This document shows, piece after piece, positions 31,524 through 41,139 of a stretch of DNA of 64,000 bases. Every line of letters begins with the position of its first letter. Within the stretch, counting starts at the first letter, position 1. Source of the stretch: an uncultured Planctomycetota bacterium (GTDB taxonomy: Bacteria; Planctomycetota; Planctomycetia; Isosphaerales; Isosphaeraceae); NCBI GenBank assembly GCA_963845755.1, contig CAWJTV010000044.1:32001-96000 (forward strand). The letters are read 5' to 3'. The position numbers and the translations under genes are program-made. The notes under the pieces were generated by a model. That model worked only from the letters and a program-made list of their open reading frames with translations. It was not told the origin of the DNA and ran no database searches.

Positions 31524-32620
31524 ATGATGCGACGTCTCCGCTTCCACTGGAGCCTCTCCGCGGCGGGCGACCCTCTGCGTGCCTCGCAAGCACGCGCCGA
31601 GCAATCGGGGGTTCCGGATATCCCGGCTCACGTCGAATTCTGCCGGTACGCGGAGCGTTGCGGCATCGAATCGCTGTTGACCGCCTATGGGTTCCACCGG
31701 CCCGACCCGATCGTCCTGGCCGCCGCCCTGGGATGCCGGACGGAGTCCATCGCCTTCATGATCGCAGTCCGATCGGGAGTCTTCGCCCCGACCGCTTACG
31801 TCCAGCAGATCAACACGTTGTCCGTACTGACCGGCGGCCGGGTGTGCTTGAACGTCGTCATGGGTCACACGCCGGAGGAGCAACACTACTACGGTGATTT
31901 CCTCTCTCACGACGAGCGATTCGAGCGGACGGACGAGTTCCTGACCATCTGCCGTGTCGCTCTGGGACAACCAGGCACCGGTCACGTTCCAGGGCAAGTA
32001 TTATCGGGTTGAGGGGTCGCGGCTGAACACTCCGTTCAGCGCCGCCGGACGGATCGGACCAGAGATCTACGTCGGCGGTTCCTCGCCTGCGGCGCTCCAC
32101 CTTGCGGTCAAACACGCCGACTGCCTGCTCACATTGCCCGACGCCCCGGCGGCAACGGCCGAACGAGCCCGTCCCGTGCTCGAGGCCGGCAAGGCCGTCG
32201 GACTGCTCGTGTCCCTGGTGGCGCGGGCTTCGCGCGACGAGGCCCTCTCCGCGATCAAGGATCTGCTGGCCCGCGTCGCCGATCGCGCGGAAGACCCACC
32301 GCGAGTTCTCGGCTCGCTCGGACTCGGTCACGTTCACCTCGATGATCGGGAAGGCCGAGTCGCAGGATGCCTGGGTCACACCCACGCTCTGGACTGGCGC
32401 CGTCCCGTATCTCGGGGCACCTTCGATCGCCCTCGTGGGCGATTACGACGAAGTCGCGGACGCCATCTGGGAATACCGGAAGGTCGGGGTGAGTCAATTC
32501 CTCTTCCTGGGCTGGCCCGACATCGAGGAGATGACCCGATTCTCGCAACACGTCCTGCCGCGCGTTCGGCATCGCGAGAACACCGAAGCGACAGGCGACC
32601 GTTCGACAACCGAGGGATGA
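31524..32620 (+). CDS. Luciferase-like (LLM, SsuD-type) flavin-dependent monooxygenase 1 (frameshifts near 31955 and 32285)
   Basis: LRFHWSL, AERCGIESLL, MIAVRSG, GDFLSHDERFERTDEF, IYVGGSS, ALVGDYDEVA and FLFLGWP. Confidence 0.85.
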
Positions 32621-32626
32621 GCTGCC

Positions 32627-33695
32627 ATGAGCCTTCGTTTCCACTGGCGGATGATCCACGGCGGTGAGACCGGGGGCGTGCCGCGCGGCACCCAGAACCA
32701 GTCGGTCGAGATGAGCCAGCCCGATCTGGTAGCCCAGGCCGAGTTCTGCCGCCTGCGCGCTGGCGAGCGGAGTCGAGTCGCTCCTCCTGGACTTCGGCTT
32801 CGCCAAGCCGGATCCGATCCTCCTCGCCGCTGCCCTCGGCATGCTCGTCGATGACATCAAGTTTATCGTCGCGTACCGTTCCGGCCTGATGTCGCCGGTG
32901 ACTTTCGTGCAGCAGCTCAACTCGCTTTCGTCCCTGATCCGTGGCCGTTTCTCCTTGAATATCGTCGCCGGCCACTCTCCTGACGAGCAGCGCTCATACG
33001 GCGACTTCCTCGATCACGACCGGCGCTACGAGCGAACGGACGAGTTCCTCGCGGTCTGTCACGCGTTCTGGCGAGGCGAGAAGGACATCGACTTCGAGGG
33101 ACGGCATTACCGGATCCAGAAGGGAAACCTGAATGCGCCATTCATCTCCGACGACCGGCGCCATCCGGAGATCTATATCGCGGGCAATTCCGAGCAGGCC
33201 GAGCGATTGTCAATGTCGCGGGGGGACTGCTGGATGCGAATTGCCGATACGGCCGAGAATGTCGGCAAGGCGGCCGCCCCTGTGCTGGAGCAGGGGATCG
33301 ACGTGGGGTTGCGGATGTCGGTCGTGGTCCGCCCCACGCACGAGGAGGCCGTTGCCGCGGCGTACGACCTCGTCGGGGGCATGCAAACGGGTGACCCGGT
33401 GCGCCGGGTCGAGCAACACTTCATTCAGCGTAGCGACTCCGTCTCGATGCATGACCTCTACCGCCGCGCCGAGCAGGACTGGCTCGGACCGGCATTGTGG
33501 GCCGGCGCCGTGCGCACCCACGGTACACCGGCGATCGCGCTGGTCGGCTCGCCCGAGGAGGTCGCTACGGCGATCATCGAGTACAAGGCCGCAGGGGTTT
33601 CCCAGTTCATCTTATCGGGATGGCCGAAGCTCGACAGCATGGAATTCTTTGGCATGCATGTCCTGCCGCTCGTTCGAAGCATGGAGCGAGCCTAG
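32627..33695 (+). CDS. Luciferase-like (LLM, SsuD-type) flavin-dependent monooxygenase 2 (frameshift near 32760)
   Basis: LRFHWRM, IVAYRSG, GDFLDHDRRYERTDEF, IYIAGNS, ALVGSPEEVA and FILSGWP; paralogue of the upstream gene. Confidence 0.88.
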
Positions 33696-33870
33696 GGCTT
33701 CCGCCTCGTGTCTCTCGCTCGAGGCTCGTTAACCGCCTTCTGCATCCTCGGTAGCCTCGTCCTGTTCGGAATTGTCAACCCCGACGAGGATTGGCCAGGA
33801 ATGCGACCTGTCGCGTCCATAGACTGGCCTCGGCCAGACGCAACCTGGCCGACGGCGAGGAATAAGAGAA

Positions 33871-33913
33871 AAGCCACCTCTCGGACTCGAACCGAGGACC
33901 CCAGCTTTACGAA
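33871..33913. repeat. att site: 43-bp direct repeat of the 3' part of tRNA-Thr(CGT)
   Basis: aagccacctctcggactcgaaccgaggaccccagctttacgaa is identical to 46129-46171. Confidence 0.95.
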
Positions 33914-34099
33914 CGAAGCTCTTGCAACCGCTTCTATCGCCTTAACTTGATGTCGCTTCACAATTTACCGCCAACTCTCCCCGGTTTGCAAGTCCTGACG
34001 AACCGAAATGTGCAAGTGCCTGTGGTCACGGTAATTGCGAAAAAACCTCTTACGAACGTAGTCGGATTGGCCGGTAGTTTTCGGTAGTCGCCGCGCACG

Positions 34100-34132
34100 A
34101 AAAAACCCCGCGCCAGCGTACCGGGCGGGGTT
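34100..34132 (-). terminator. Rho-independent terminator closing the element's transcription unit
   Basis: Minus strand AACCCCGCCC-GGTACGCTG-GCGCGGGGTT followed by TTTT, downstream of the last element gene. Confidence 0.6.
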
Positions 34133-34178
34133 AGCAGAACACTCAGATTCGCGGCCTTGCGTCGGGATCGGGGAAGAC

Positions 34179-34592
34179 TCAAGCCATGGCCGGAGAACGC
34201 AAGGGCGCGGCGCCACGTCGCTCTATCAATAGGGATTTCATCCGCTCGGATCGGGCACTCCGCTCCACATCGGTGAGGACTGGACGGCGACGCTTCCGGG
34301 GTCTCAGGATTGCGGCGACGTCGCCGAGAAGGAACGGCGCGAACAGGACCCGGGCCTCGGTGTCACCCCGTTGGTGCACGTGGACGCCGGGGACTGAGAT
34401 CAGCTTGCCGACCATCTTCGGATTCCCGGTCCAGGCGGCCAGTGTGGTCGGTCCATGGACGGAGATGAACCCGTAACGGCATGGAATGCGATAGAGCCAG
34501 GGCCGAGACGACCGAGCCTGGTCGATCGTCGCGGTCTCATCGACGGTGATGCGGTATCCTCGCTCGGCAGCGAGGCGGTGAAGGTCGATCAT
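34179..34592 (-). CDS. Hypothetical element protein
   Basis: MIDLHRLAAERGYRI...IPCRYGFISVHG...HQRGDTEARVLF...RPRKRRR; GAGG before the ATG. Confidence 0.65.
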   Translation of the reverse strand: MIDLHRLAAERGYRITVDETATIDQARSSRPWLYRIPCRYGFISVHGPTTLAAWTGNPKMVGKLISVPGVHVHQRGDTEARVLFAPFLLGDVAAILRPRKRRRPVLTDVERSARSERMKSLLIERRGAAPLRSPAMA

Positions 34593-34648
34593 TCGGTCCT
34601 CTCGTAAATGTGGGGCTCCAGGCCCCGTGGAACGTAGCAAGGTCCCCT

Positions 34649-34897
34649 CTATCCAGCCGATGGCCAAGCGGGGCTCCCAGGGTCACCAGGGGCGTTGTAC
34701 AGGCATCCCCGCGGGCGCGGGCGCGGTGGCTTGGGTCCCTTCAGGATCTCGAGGAACCGAACCAGCTCGGTTTTTGGAACGTGAAGGGTTCCGCGCTGGT
34801 TCGGATGCAGGTGCAACCCCAACGGCCGGGTTACGCGCTTGAGATCCTCTTGGGACCATCCGGCATCCCGCATGGCAGTTTCGATCTCGGCATACAT
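34649..34897 (-). CDS. Small hypothetical element protein
   Basis: MYAEIETAMRDAGWSQEDL... with GGAG upstream; co-oriented with neighbours. Confidence 0.5.
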   Translation of the reverse strand: MYAEIETAMRDAGWSQEDLKRVTRPLGLHLHPNQRGTLHVPKTELVRFLEILKGPKPPRPRPRGCLYNAPGDPGSPAWPSAG

Positions 34898-34911
34898 GTG
34901 AATGTCTCCGT

Positions 34912-35181
34912 TCAGGGTCGAAGCAAGCGGGCATTTTGTTTGAGCCACCGCCGGGCCTGTGCCTTCTCGGTTTTCAGCCGCTTGGGAAGCTCGGCGTAAG
35001 TTCTCAGGAGTCGGAGGGCTGTCAGCGAATCAAGCCAAGGGCCTCCCTCGACGCGTGCAACCAGTTCAAGCTTCTCGAGCGGATCGCATGCCGGTCGCCT
35101 GCGATTCGCCGTGGCCAAACGATCGTAAAACCGGGCCGTGCGTGGCTGCTGTGCCATACGGTCTCCGTCTGTGGAGTCCAA
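34912..35181 (-). CDS. Small hypothetical element protein
   Basis: 89-aa ORF that fits the minus-strand gene packing. Confidence 0.4.
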   Translation of the reverse strand: MDSTDGDRMAQQPRTARFYDRLATANRRRPACDPLEKLELVARVEGGPWLDSLTALRLLRTYAELPKRLKTEKAQARRWLKQNARLLRP

Positions 35182-35302
35182 TGAACCATCGTTTCAGTGG
35201 AGTTGGCGTTGGCGTCGGCGAGTTGGCGCCGAAGACGCCGTTCGGGACCACGGTGTTCGGGACGAATTCGTTGAAGACGGCAGAAGCAGAGATCGCCATG
35301 GT

Positions 35303-35698
35303 TCATCTCCGATCCGGCTTGAAGCCGACTGTCTTGAGCAACCTCGCAACCATCTCGGCATCGGGTTCGGTCTCTGGGTCGCGTTCGATGCCGGCTCGGA
35401 GGTCGCGCGCGAAGTTGCGCATGGCCAGCGCGCTCGCTGGCGTGGCGTATGTCCATTTCTCGGGATGCCCCCTGTGGCGAGTCAGCTCGCCAGTCGTATT
35501 GCCGAATAGCTCGGCAACCACCAGCCAATAATGGGCCAGCGTGGCGCCGTGCTCGCCCCCTGGGTTGCCGAGTTGCCCCTCGATGTAGCGATCCAACTCG
35601 TCTTTCGGACCGTCGCGATCCGCTGGCTTCCACCCGCGGGGGATGAGCAGCCTCTCGGCAGTTTTAATCCTCGAACGAATCGACCTCTCCAGCCCCAT
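35303..35698 (-). CDS. Hypothetical element protein
   Basis: MGLERSIRSRIKTAERLL...; overlaps the end of the upstream TerS-like gene. Confidence 0.5.
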   Translation of the reverse strand: MGLERSIRSRIKTAERLLIPRGWKPADRDGPKDELDRYIEGQLGNPGGEHGATLAHYWLVVAELFGNTTGELTRHRGHPEKWTYATPASALAMRNFARDLRAGIERDPETEPDAEMVARLLKTVGFKPDRR

Positions 35699-36518
35699 GC
35701 TTCCCGCCTTTCTTCTGCGACTCGATGTAGGACTCAATCAGCGCCGTGCGGCGTTCCAACTCGGACCACGCCGAGACGGCCACCAGTTGGCTGAGGATCT
35801 CGCGAAGGGCACCAAGCTTGACCTGGTCGCTGGTCGATGACTTCGCCAGGTTGGCGAGCCCCGCGATGGCCCAATTTCCAAGTCGCCGTCAGTCGGCCGA
35901 TCATGGCGTCGGTCAACTCGCGGCGGTGTCTGGCAACCTGCGCCTTGAACTCAGGGGTTGACGCCCATTGGTACGCAGTCCGCTCTGATACTTGATCCTT
36001 GTGCTTGGCCGCCCACTCGCGGATGCCCTGGCCGCCGGCGACCGCCAACGCCAGCTCGTCTAGCCTGGATTCCCATGGAGGCAAAAACGGGGTAGGCTAC
36101 GACGCAATCAATAAACGAAACGAAATTCGTCGAAGTGGGGTTTCCCCTGGATTTCAAGGGGTTCTGGCCTGAAACGGCTCATCGAAACGCCACCCTCGAT
36201 GTTAGGCGATCCGTAAACTGAAAAAAGAGCATCCACGGCGTCAACCCAATGTATCCACTGTGGCGAATTCGACAGATTTATCCCAAAAACCCCTTATTTT
36301 CCAGGAGGAAGTGAGATTCGCTCGATGAACATATTATCCACGATGATCAAGTTAACTTAGTGGGAGACCCACCTTTAACTCTTGGAAGAGCATAACCAGT
36401 TCCGAGGCGAAAAGCTGGGAATCGCGGGCTTTTTTCCAACTATGCGGCAACAAATGTTAGCCCAATCTGCCTCCATGGGAATCCAGGCTAGGAGTGCGGG
36501 ATTCTTCTTCTTACGCAT
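35664..36518 (-). pseudogene. Terminase-small-subunit-like HTH gene interrupted by a MITE (plus frameshift near 35880)
   Basis: Removing the insertion gives GGAG-ATG MRKKKNPALLDELALAVAGGQGIREWAAKHKDQVSERTAYQWASTPEFKAQV..., an HTH followed by helical oligomerisation-like segments. The TerS call is inference. Confidence 0.65.
36062..36489. mobile_element. MITE (about 425 bp, non-autonomous, IS630-like target preference)
   Basis: 24-bp perfect inverted repeat ctagcctggattcccatggaggca (36060-36083 and 36468-36491) including a duplicated CTAG/TA target; AT-rich interior with no transposase ORF. Confidence 0.85.
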
Positions 36519-36533
36519 CGGAATGCTCCGTTC

Positions 36534-38079
36534 TTACCATGGCACCGTTGGCTTCGGCGCGCTGGGCATCGGGGGTGGAACTCCGCTGCCCTTCTGTTTC
36601 TTGATCACTTCGGTTTGGTGCTCAATCCGTTGGATCAACTCGCGGAGCAACTCGTCTGTAATTCCGCGACTCTGGCTCTTTGCGTTGTCAAAGGGCGTCG
36701 GACTCTCGCCCAATTCGGCGCGAGCGCGAGCGATCGCCTGGCGGTTGATCTGTTGGGTCTTCAGGTCATCCGAGAACGGCAAGATTCCCTTCGCGCGATC
36801 GAGCCAGGACGGGTGCTCGAAGGCGCCGCCTTTTATCAGTTCGATCTCTGCAATCTGGCGACGTCGAGCCACCGAGTCATTTCGTGCGCCCATCCGGGCC
36901 TCTTCCGCGGCCTGAGCCGCATCGAGCTTGGCCTGGCGAGCCGTCTCGGTTCCACGGTTCTCTTCGATGGTTGTCTTGAGAACGTCAGGGGTCGTCTCAT
37001 CGACGAGCTTCTTCCACTTCTCTAGCCCCCTGTCCCCCTGATCGACGAGCCCGCGCAGGGTGTTCTGGCCGATGGATTCCGGCGCAATCTCTTTCAGGAC
37101 CTTATCGAGATCCTCACCGTTCGCCTTCCGGCCTTCGAGGTTCTTCACGAGTCCGCGGAGCCGTTGGTATGGCGTGGCGTTGTGCTCGACGCCGTATTCC
37201 TTGCCCTTGCCCTCGATATCGAGTTCACGAGCTACCTGGATCGCGCGGAGAAGGTGGGTCCCTTCTTCCTCTGGCGCAATCTCCGGCATTCCGGCGAGGA
37301 GCGGGGCGGCTTCTTCGGCCGAAAACCCCTGAGCCTGGATTCGAGTCATCATCGGCAGAAGGTGCCCAACTTCGGCCGATGACGCTTCGAGGGTGGCAAA
37401 GACCTTGCCGGCCCTTGTCTTCATCTCGGTGGCGTTAGTCGGCCCTTTCTGCTGGGCCAGCAAGCCACCAGCGAAACCGGCCATTTCCTGCTGGGAAACG
37501 CCCTTCTGCTTGGCGTATTCCATAAGTGCCGAAGTGAACTCATTAGAGTCTTTCTGAGATAGTTTCGCGTTGGGTCCATCGCCGACGTACAACGATGCCT
37601 TGGAGAGATAGGCTTCGCTGAACTGCTTGGCTTCCTCTGGGGTGACGTTAGCTTTCTCGGCCCGATCGATCTCAGCCAGCGCAAAGGCGGTCGTGTTCTT
37701 CTTGCCGCTCAGGCTGGCGACGGCGTTCATGTCGGCGCGGAGCTTCTGGAAATGGTTCGCCATCTGTTCGACGCGAATGGAGGCTTCATTGAACTGTTCC
37801 ACGATGGCGCCGGCGGTTGCCTTGACCGCCGCAAGCCCGATCTGTGGCGCGTATCAGGTTCGCGACTTCGTTACTGACGCCCCTGGCGGCGGAGGCAACG
37901 CCATCCATGCCGCGCTTGGCCGTGTCTGTCCCTCCCTTGCTCGCGCTGCCGAAGTCCTGCATGCCCTTCGCGCCCTTGTGCGTCGCCTGATCCAAGGCTC
38001 GGCCGAAGGCATCGACGTTCCTGAGCGCCGACTTGTTTTCGAGCACGAGGCTAATCTTGAGTTGCTTACTTCCGTCCAT
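36534..38079 (-). CDS. Tape-measure-like protein (about 515 aa; frameshift near 37845)
   Basis: N-terminus MDGSKQLKISLVLENKSALRNVDAFGRALD, long Ala/Glu/Lys-rich helical body, located directly after a G/GT-type chaperone gene. Confidence 0.65.
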
Positions 38080-38087
38080 TTATTGCC

Positions 38088-38675
38088 TCAAAATATGCCT
38101 TCGCAGGCATCATTTTCGATAGCCATCCGGATGCTGTCCACCCAGTTGGTTCGCGGTGGGGTTCTGTCGTTGGCTTCCAGGATATCGACGACATCCACTA
38201 GGTCTTCGAGGAGCATGAGCGCTGGCAGCGACCCGTTCGCCATGGCGGTAATCTTCCGCCAGCGCATCAGCGTTTTGGGCCGGTTTTCCCCCGGACCAAA
38301 TTGGTTATCGACTCGACCATCTCTATTGACTGCTGGCTCTCATCGGGACTGCCGAACTCGAAAATGAACAGACTCTTCAAGTTCCTCGTCGCTTAGATCG
38401 TACTGACGTTCGAGCAGCATCGCCCCGAGGGTCAGGATACCGATGATAATGTCGTGGTTCGATGATGTATCGTTGGCGATCACATCGACCGCCTCATCGA
38501 ACTCCGGCCCGAACGTCGTGTTTTATGTGAGACCGACCGGGCGCCCATCGATGAACGTCGGATGGATCACGCCGACTGGCTTGGGGAAGTGCCATTCATT
38601 CCCGTCATGCAGTCGGATCGGATACGAGTGCTCGCTGAACGTAGGCAGTCTTCGGCTTTTCTCGTCGATTTGCAT
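38088..38675 (-). CDS. Tail assembly chaperone-like gene (gpG/gpGT type) with -1 slippery site; in-frame TAA at 38523 and indel near 38372
   Basis: MQIDEKSRR...GNEWHFPKP...FGPEFDE...LLERQYDLSDEEL...RGKTGPKR* (stop 38267). C CCA AAA at 38279-38273 opens a 63-aa -1 frame that ends 8 nt before the TMP ATG. Confidence 0.65.
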
Positions 38676-38859
38676 TGGGGTTCTCGAAGAGGAATCGGTG
38701 TGCGTCCTGGACAGCCGGCCGGGTCCGCTCTGCGAATCGGCACAGCTCGCTTGGACGGCTTCCGGATCTGCCTCGGTCGGTTGCTTGGGGTCCATGGGAG
38801 CCTTTCGGGGGGAGATGGGAGCGTCCGTGCTCCCGGGGCAAGCGTCACGTGCCCAGTTC

Positions 38860-39536
38860 TCAGGTGTAATGCTTGTAGAAATGATCGCGATTCGTGTGTA
38901 TCAGGACCTTCGTCGGCTGGCCGGGGGCGAGCAACGCCCACAGGGTGACCGTGTCGTCCTTGTTGCGCCGGCGATTGAGTCCCAGGGAGAAGCGATAGCG
39001 CTCGTCGGCCACCTGGGTATCAACGCTCGCCTGTGCATCCGCCACGCGGAACGCGTTGAACCTCGCCTTCAGCAGTCCAGACTTCTGCGCAGGGTTGCGG
39101 CATTCCGGGCGGCCTGGTCGGTATCCTGGCTGAACTCGCCGAAGTCGCCGCTGGTCATCCTCGTGACCCAGGTGCGAACTTCGTCGGGGGCCATCATCAA
39201 GATCCGGTTCCCGCCCTCTTTCGAGAATGTGACGTCGCTCTCGGCAACCGTGAACAGGCTCTTGGCATCGCCGATCACCGCGGTTGCGTTGAAGGGCTTC
39301 ACCGGGGCCGGGGCGCCATCGGGGGTCGCCATCACAGCCGCGGCGTAATCGCCCTCGAGTTGCTTTACCAGTCGGTCGGCTGCCAGGTTGTATCCGGCAT
39401 TCCGCAGGCTCGCGATTTCCATGTCGGCCGCAGTCGGGACCGAGGGAAGTGCGCCGATCTGCGAGGTCTCATGGAACGCGTCGGCGAACATTTGGGCCGG
39501 CGACTTGGGCTTGGAGAGTTGGGTTCCACTTGGCAA
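38860..39536 (-). CDS. Hypothetical element protein (frameshift near 39080)
   Basis: ORFs 39069- and 38860- join across a single-base shift (...RNAATLR / LLKARFNAFRVADAQ...). Confidence 0.5.
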
Positions 39537-39582
39537 TTTAAGGCTCGCTTTCTAATGTTGAGATGTCAATCTTTGGGGGTTC

Positions 39583-40323
39583 AGCGGATGACGATCACCT
39601 GCCGCTTGGCCGCTCCGCCGAGCCCGACGCTCTGGCCGAAGATGAACCCGGCTTCCTTGGACTGGCTTTGGATCGCCTGAAGGCGCTGGGCCATCTGATC
39701 CCAGGTCTCGGGCTTGACCTCGCGGGATGCGGCAGACCAGCTCCCGGCTGTGGCTGCGATCCCAGGCCGCTCGAGCGGACCTGGGTGAGATGCTGGCCGC
39801 CGAGACCGATGGCACCTTGCTGGCCAACCCGTCGCTCATATTCGGCCGCGATGGCCTCCAAGCTCCCGGGCCGCGGCTGTGCCGGCGGCATGACGAACTG
39901 ATCCCGGTTCACGGCCGTTTCGAGGCGAGCCCGAATGACTTGCGGCAAGAGAACCGGATCAACCTGTTGTAGGTCGCTCCAAGCGGTCGCCAGCGTCTGC
40001 GCGGCGCCCGGTCGGAGGTTCGTGCCGGCCGCTTCGATCGCGGCTCTCAGGTTGATCTCCGACGTCTTCATCGGGGCCGGCTTGGGCGCCGAGGCTGGAT
40101 CTTTCCAAAAGCCCGCGTAGTGCCCGCTTGACAGGTTGTTGACGACGAACTTGGAGACTTCTTCGGGCGTCTTGCCAGCGATCTGGCCAGCCCAGACGTG
40201 AGTCAAGGCCGGCGTAGCTCCATCAACCAGCGCGACCTGATAGGCGCCAGCGCCGTTGTGATGGCCTCGGCGGGAGTCGGAGGAGTCGGGGCCGGGGTTT
40301 CAGGTGCGGTCTCGGTGCTCAAG
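39583..40323 (-). CDS. Hypothetical element protein (probable frameshifts near 40245 and 39720)
   Basis: TTG start MSTETAPETPAPTPP..., core ORF 39595-, and a tail VKPETWDQMAQRL...QVIVIR* in a shifted frame. Confidence 0.45.
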
Positions 40324-40497
40324 GATGGTCTTCCTTTCGGGAAGCGGTTGTGGTTCGAACTCGGATGGGTTGTGCAACAGGATCGACTCGACGGGGCAGT
40401 CCGTGGTCAAGCACTCGTAGCGCGCCGCAGAACCGCGGCGAGTCCGGAAGCGGGCCGCTTGGCCGCATCCGGGGCATTCGATCGATGGGGCGGTCAT
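40300..40497 (-). CDS. Small zinc-ribbon-like protein
   Basis: CPGC...CLTTDC; ATGA overlap with the upstream gene. Confidence 0.5.
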   Translation of the reverse strand: MTAPSIECPGCGQAARFRTRRGSAARYECLTTDCPVESILLHNPSEFEPQPLPERKTILEHRDRT

Positions 40498-41072
40498 GCT
40501 TCCGTCTTGATCAGCCCCGCAACTTCGAGTTCGTTGAGTGCGGCGCGGACTTCAGAGACCTCCATCCCGCAGGCGCTGGCGATCCTGTCGGGGGGCGTCC
40601 AGGATTCGCCGCTGTAACGGTGGCAGTACCAACGGAGCTGAGAGACGACGATCTTCGCCGCGGCGCTGATCGAACTGTCCCGAAGGGTCTCGGCATACAG
40701 ACGAACGTGGCGAGTGTCGGAAGGCTCGGGGGCTTGGATCTTCAAGGCGTTCTCCGTCAGGGTGAAAACGGGAGCGAACGCGGCAGGTCTCTCAAACCTG
40801 CGCGCTCCCCGCGTGGGGCTCTCACCCCACCATTTCGGATTCTGCGATGAGTAATTCGAGGGATATGGGGCCGGAATCGACCCCAGAATGGCGAAAACGG
40901 GGCCAAACTGTGAATAGAACCATATCATTCTACGCACATGCCGCCATCTGCAAAACTCGAAGAGCTGGCGGACGATGCCGAGCCTGATTTCAAGGCATTC
41001 GGTGAATGCTAGGGTGCCCGGAAATATGCTAGTGGACGCTGATGGTCGCGGATCTCCGTGATTCGGAGGCAT
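40494..41072 (-). CDS. Winged helix-turn-helix protein
   Basis: C-terminal ISAAAKIVVSQLRWYC...SWTPPDRIASACGMEVSEVRAALNELEVAGLI; start uncertain. Confidence 0.55.
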   Translation of the reverse strand: MPPNHGDPRPSASTSIFPGTLAFTECLEIRLGIVRQLFEFCRWRHVRRMIWFYSQFGPVFAILGSIPAPYPSNYSSQNPKWWGESPTRGARRFERPAAFAPVFTLTENALKIQAPEPSDTRHVRLYAETLRDSSISAAAKIVVSQLRWYCHRYSGESWTPPDRIASACGMEVSEVRAALNELEVAGLIKTEA

Positions 41073-41139
41073 TTCCCGGCCCTCTGGCGCGTGGCGCGGC
41101 CGGTCAGGTCAAATCATACTGGCGATGGTCCGCGGAGGC

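Noticed and set aside
33871..33913. Second tRNA-Thr gene
   Set aside because: Only the 3' 43 bp are present; the D-arm and 5' acceptor strand are missing, so it is an att site.
36060..36491. Invertible promoter switch or cos/pac site flanked by inverted repeats
   Set aside because: Precise removal with one CTAG/TA copy restores an RBS-ATG in-frame gene, which fits a transposon-type insertion better; no invertase is nearby.
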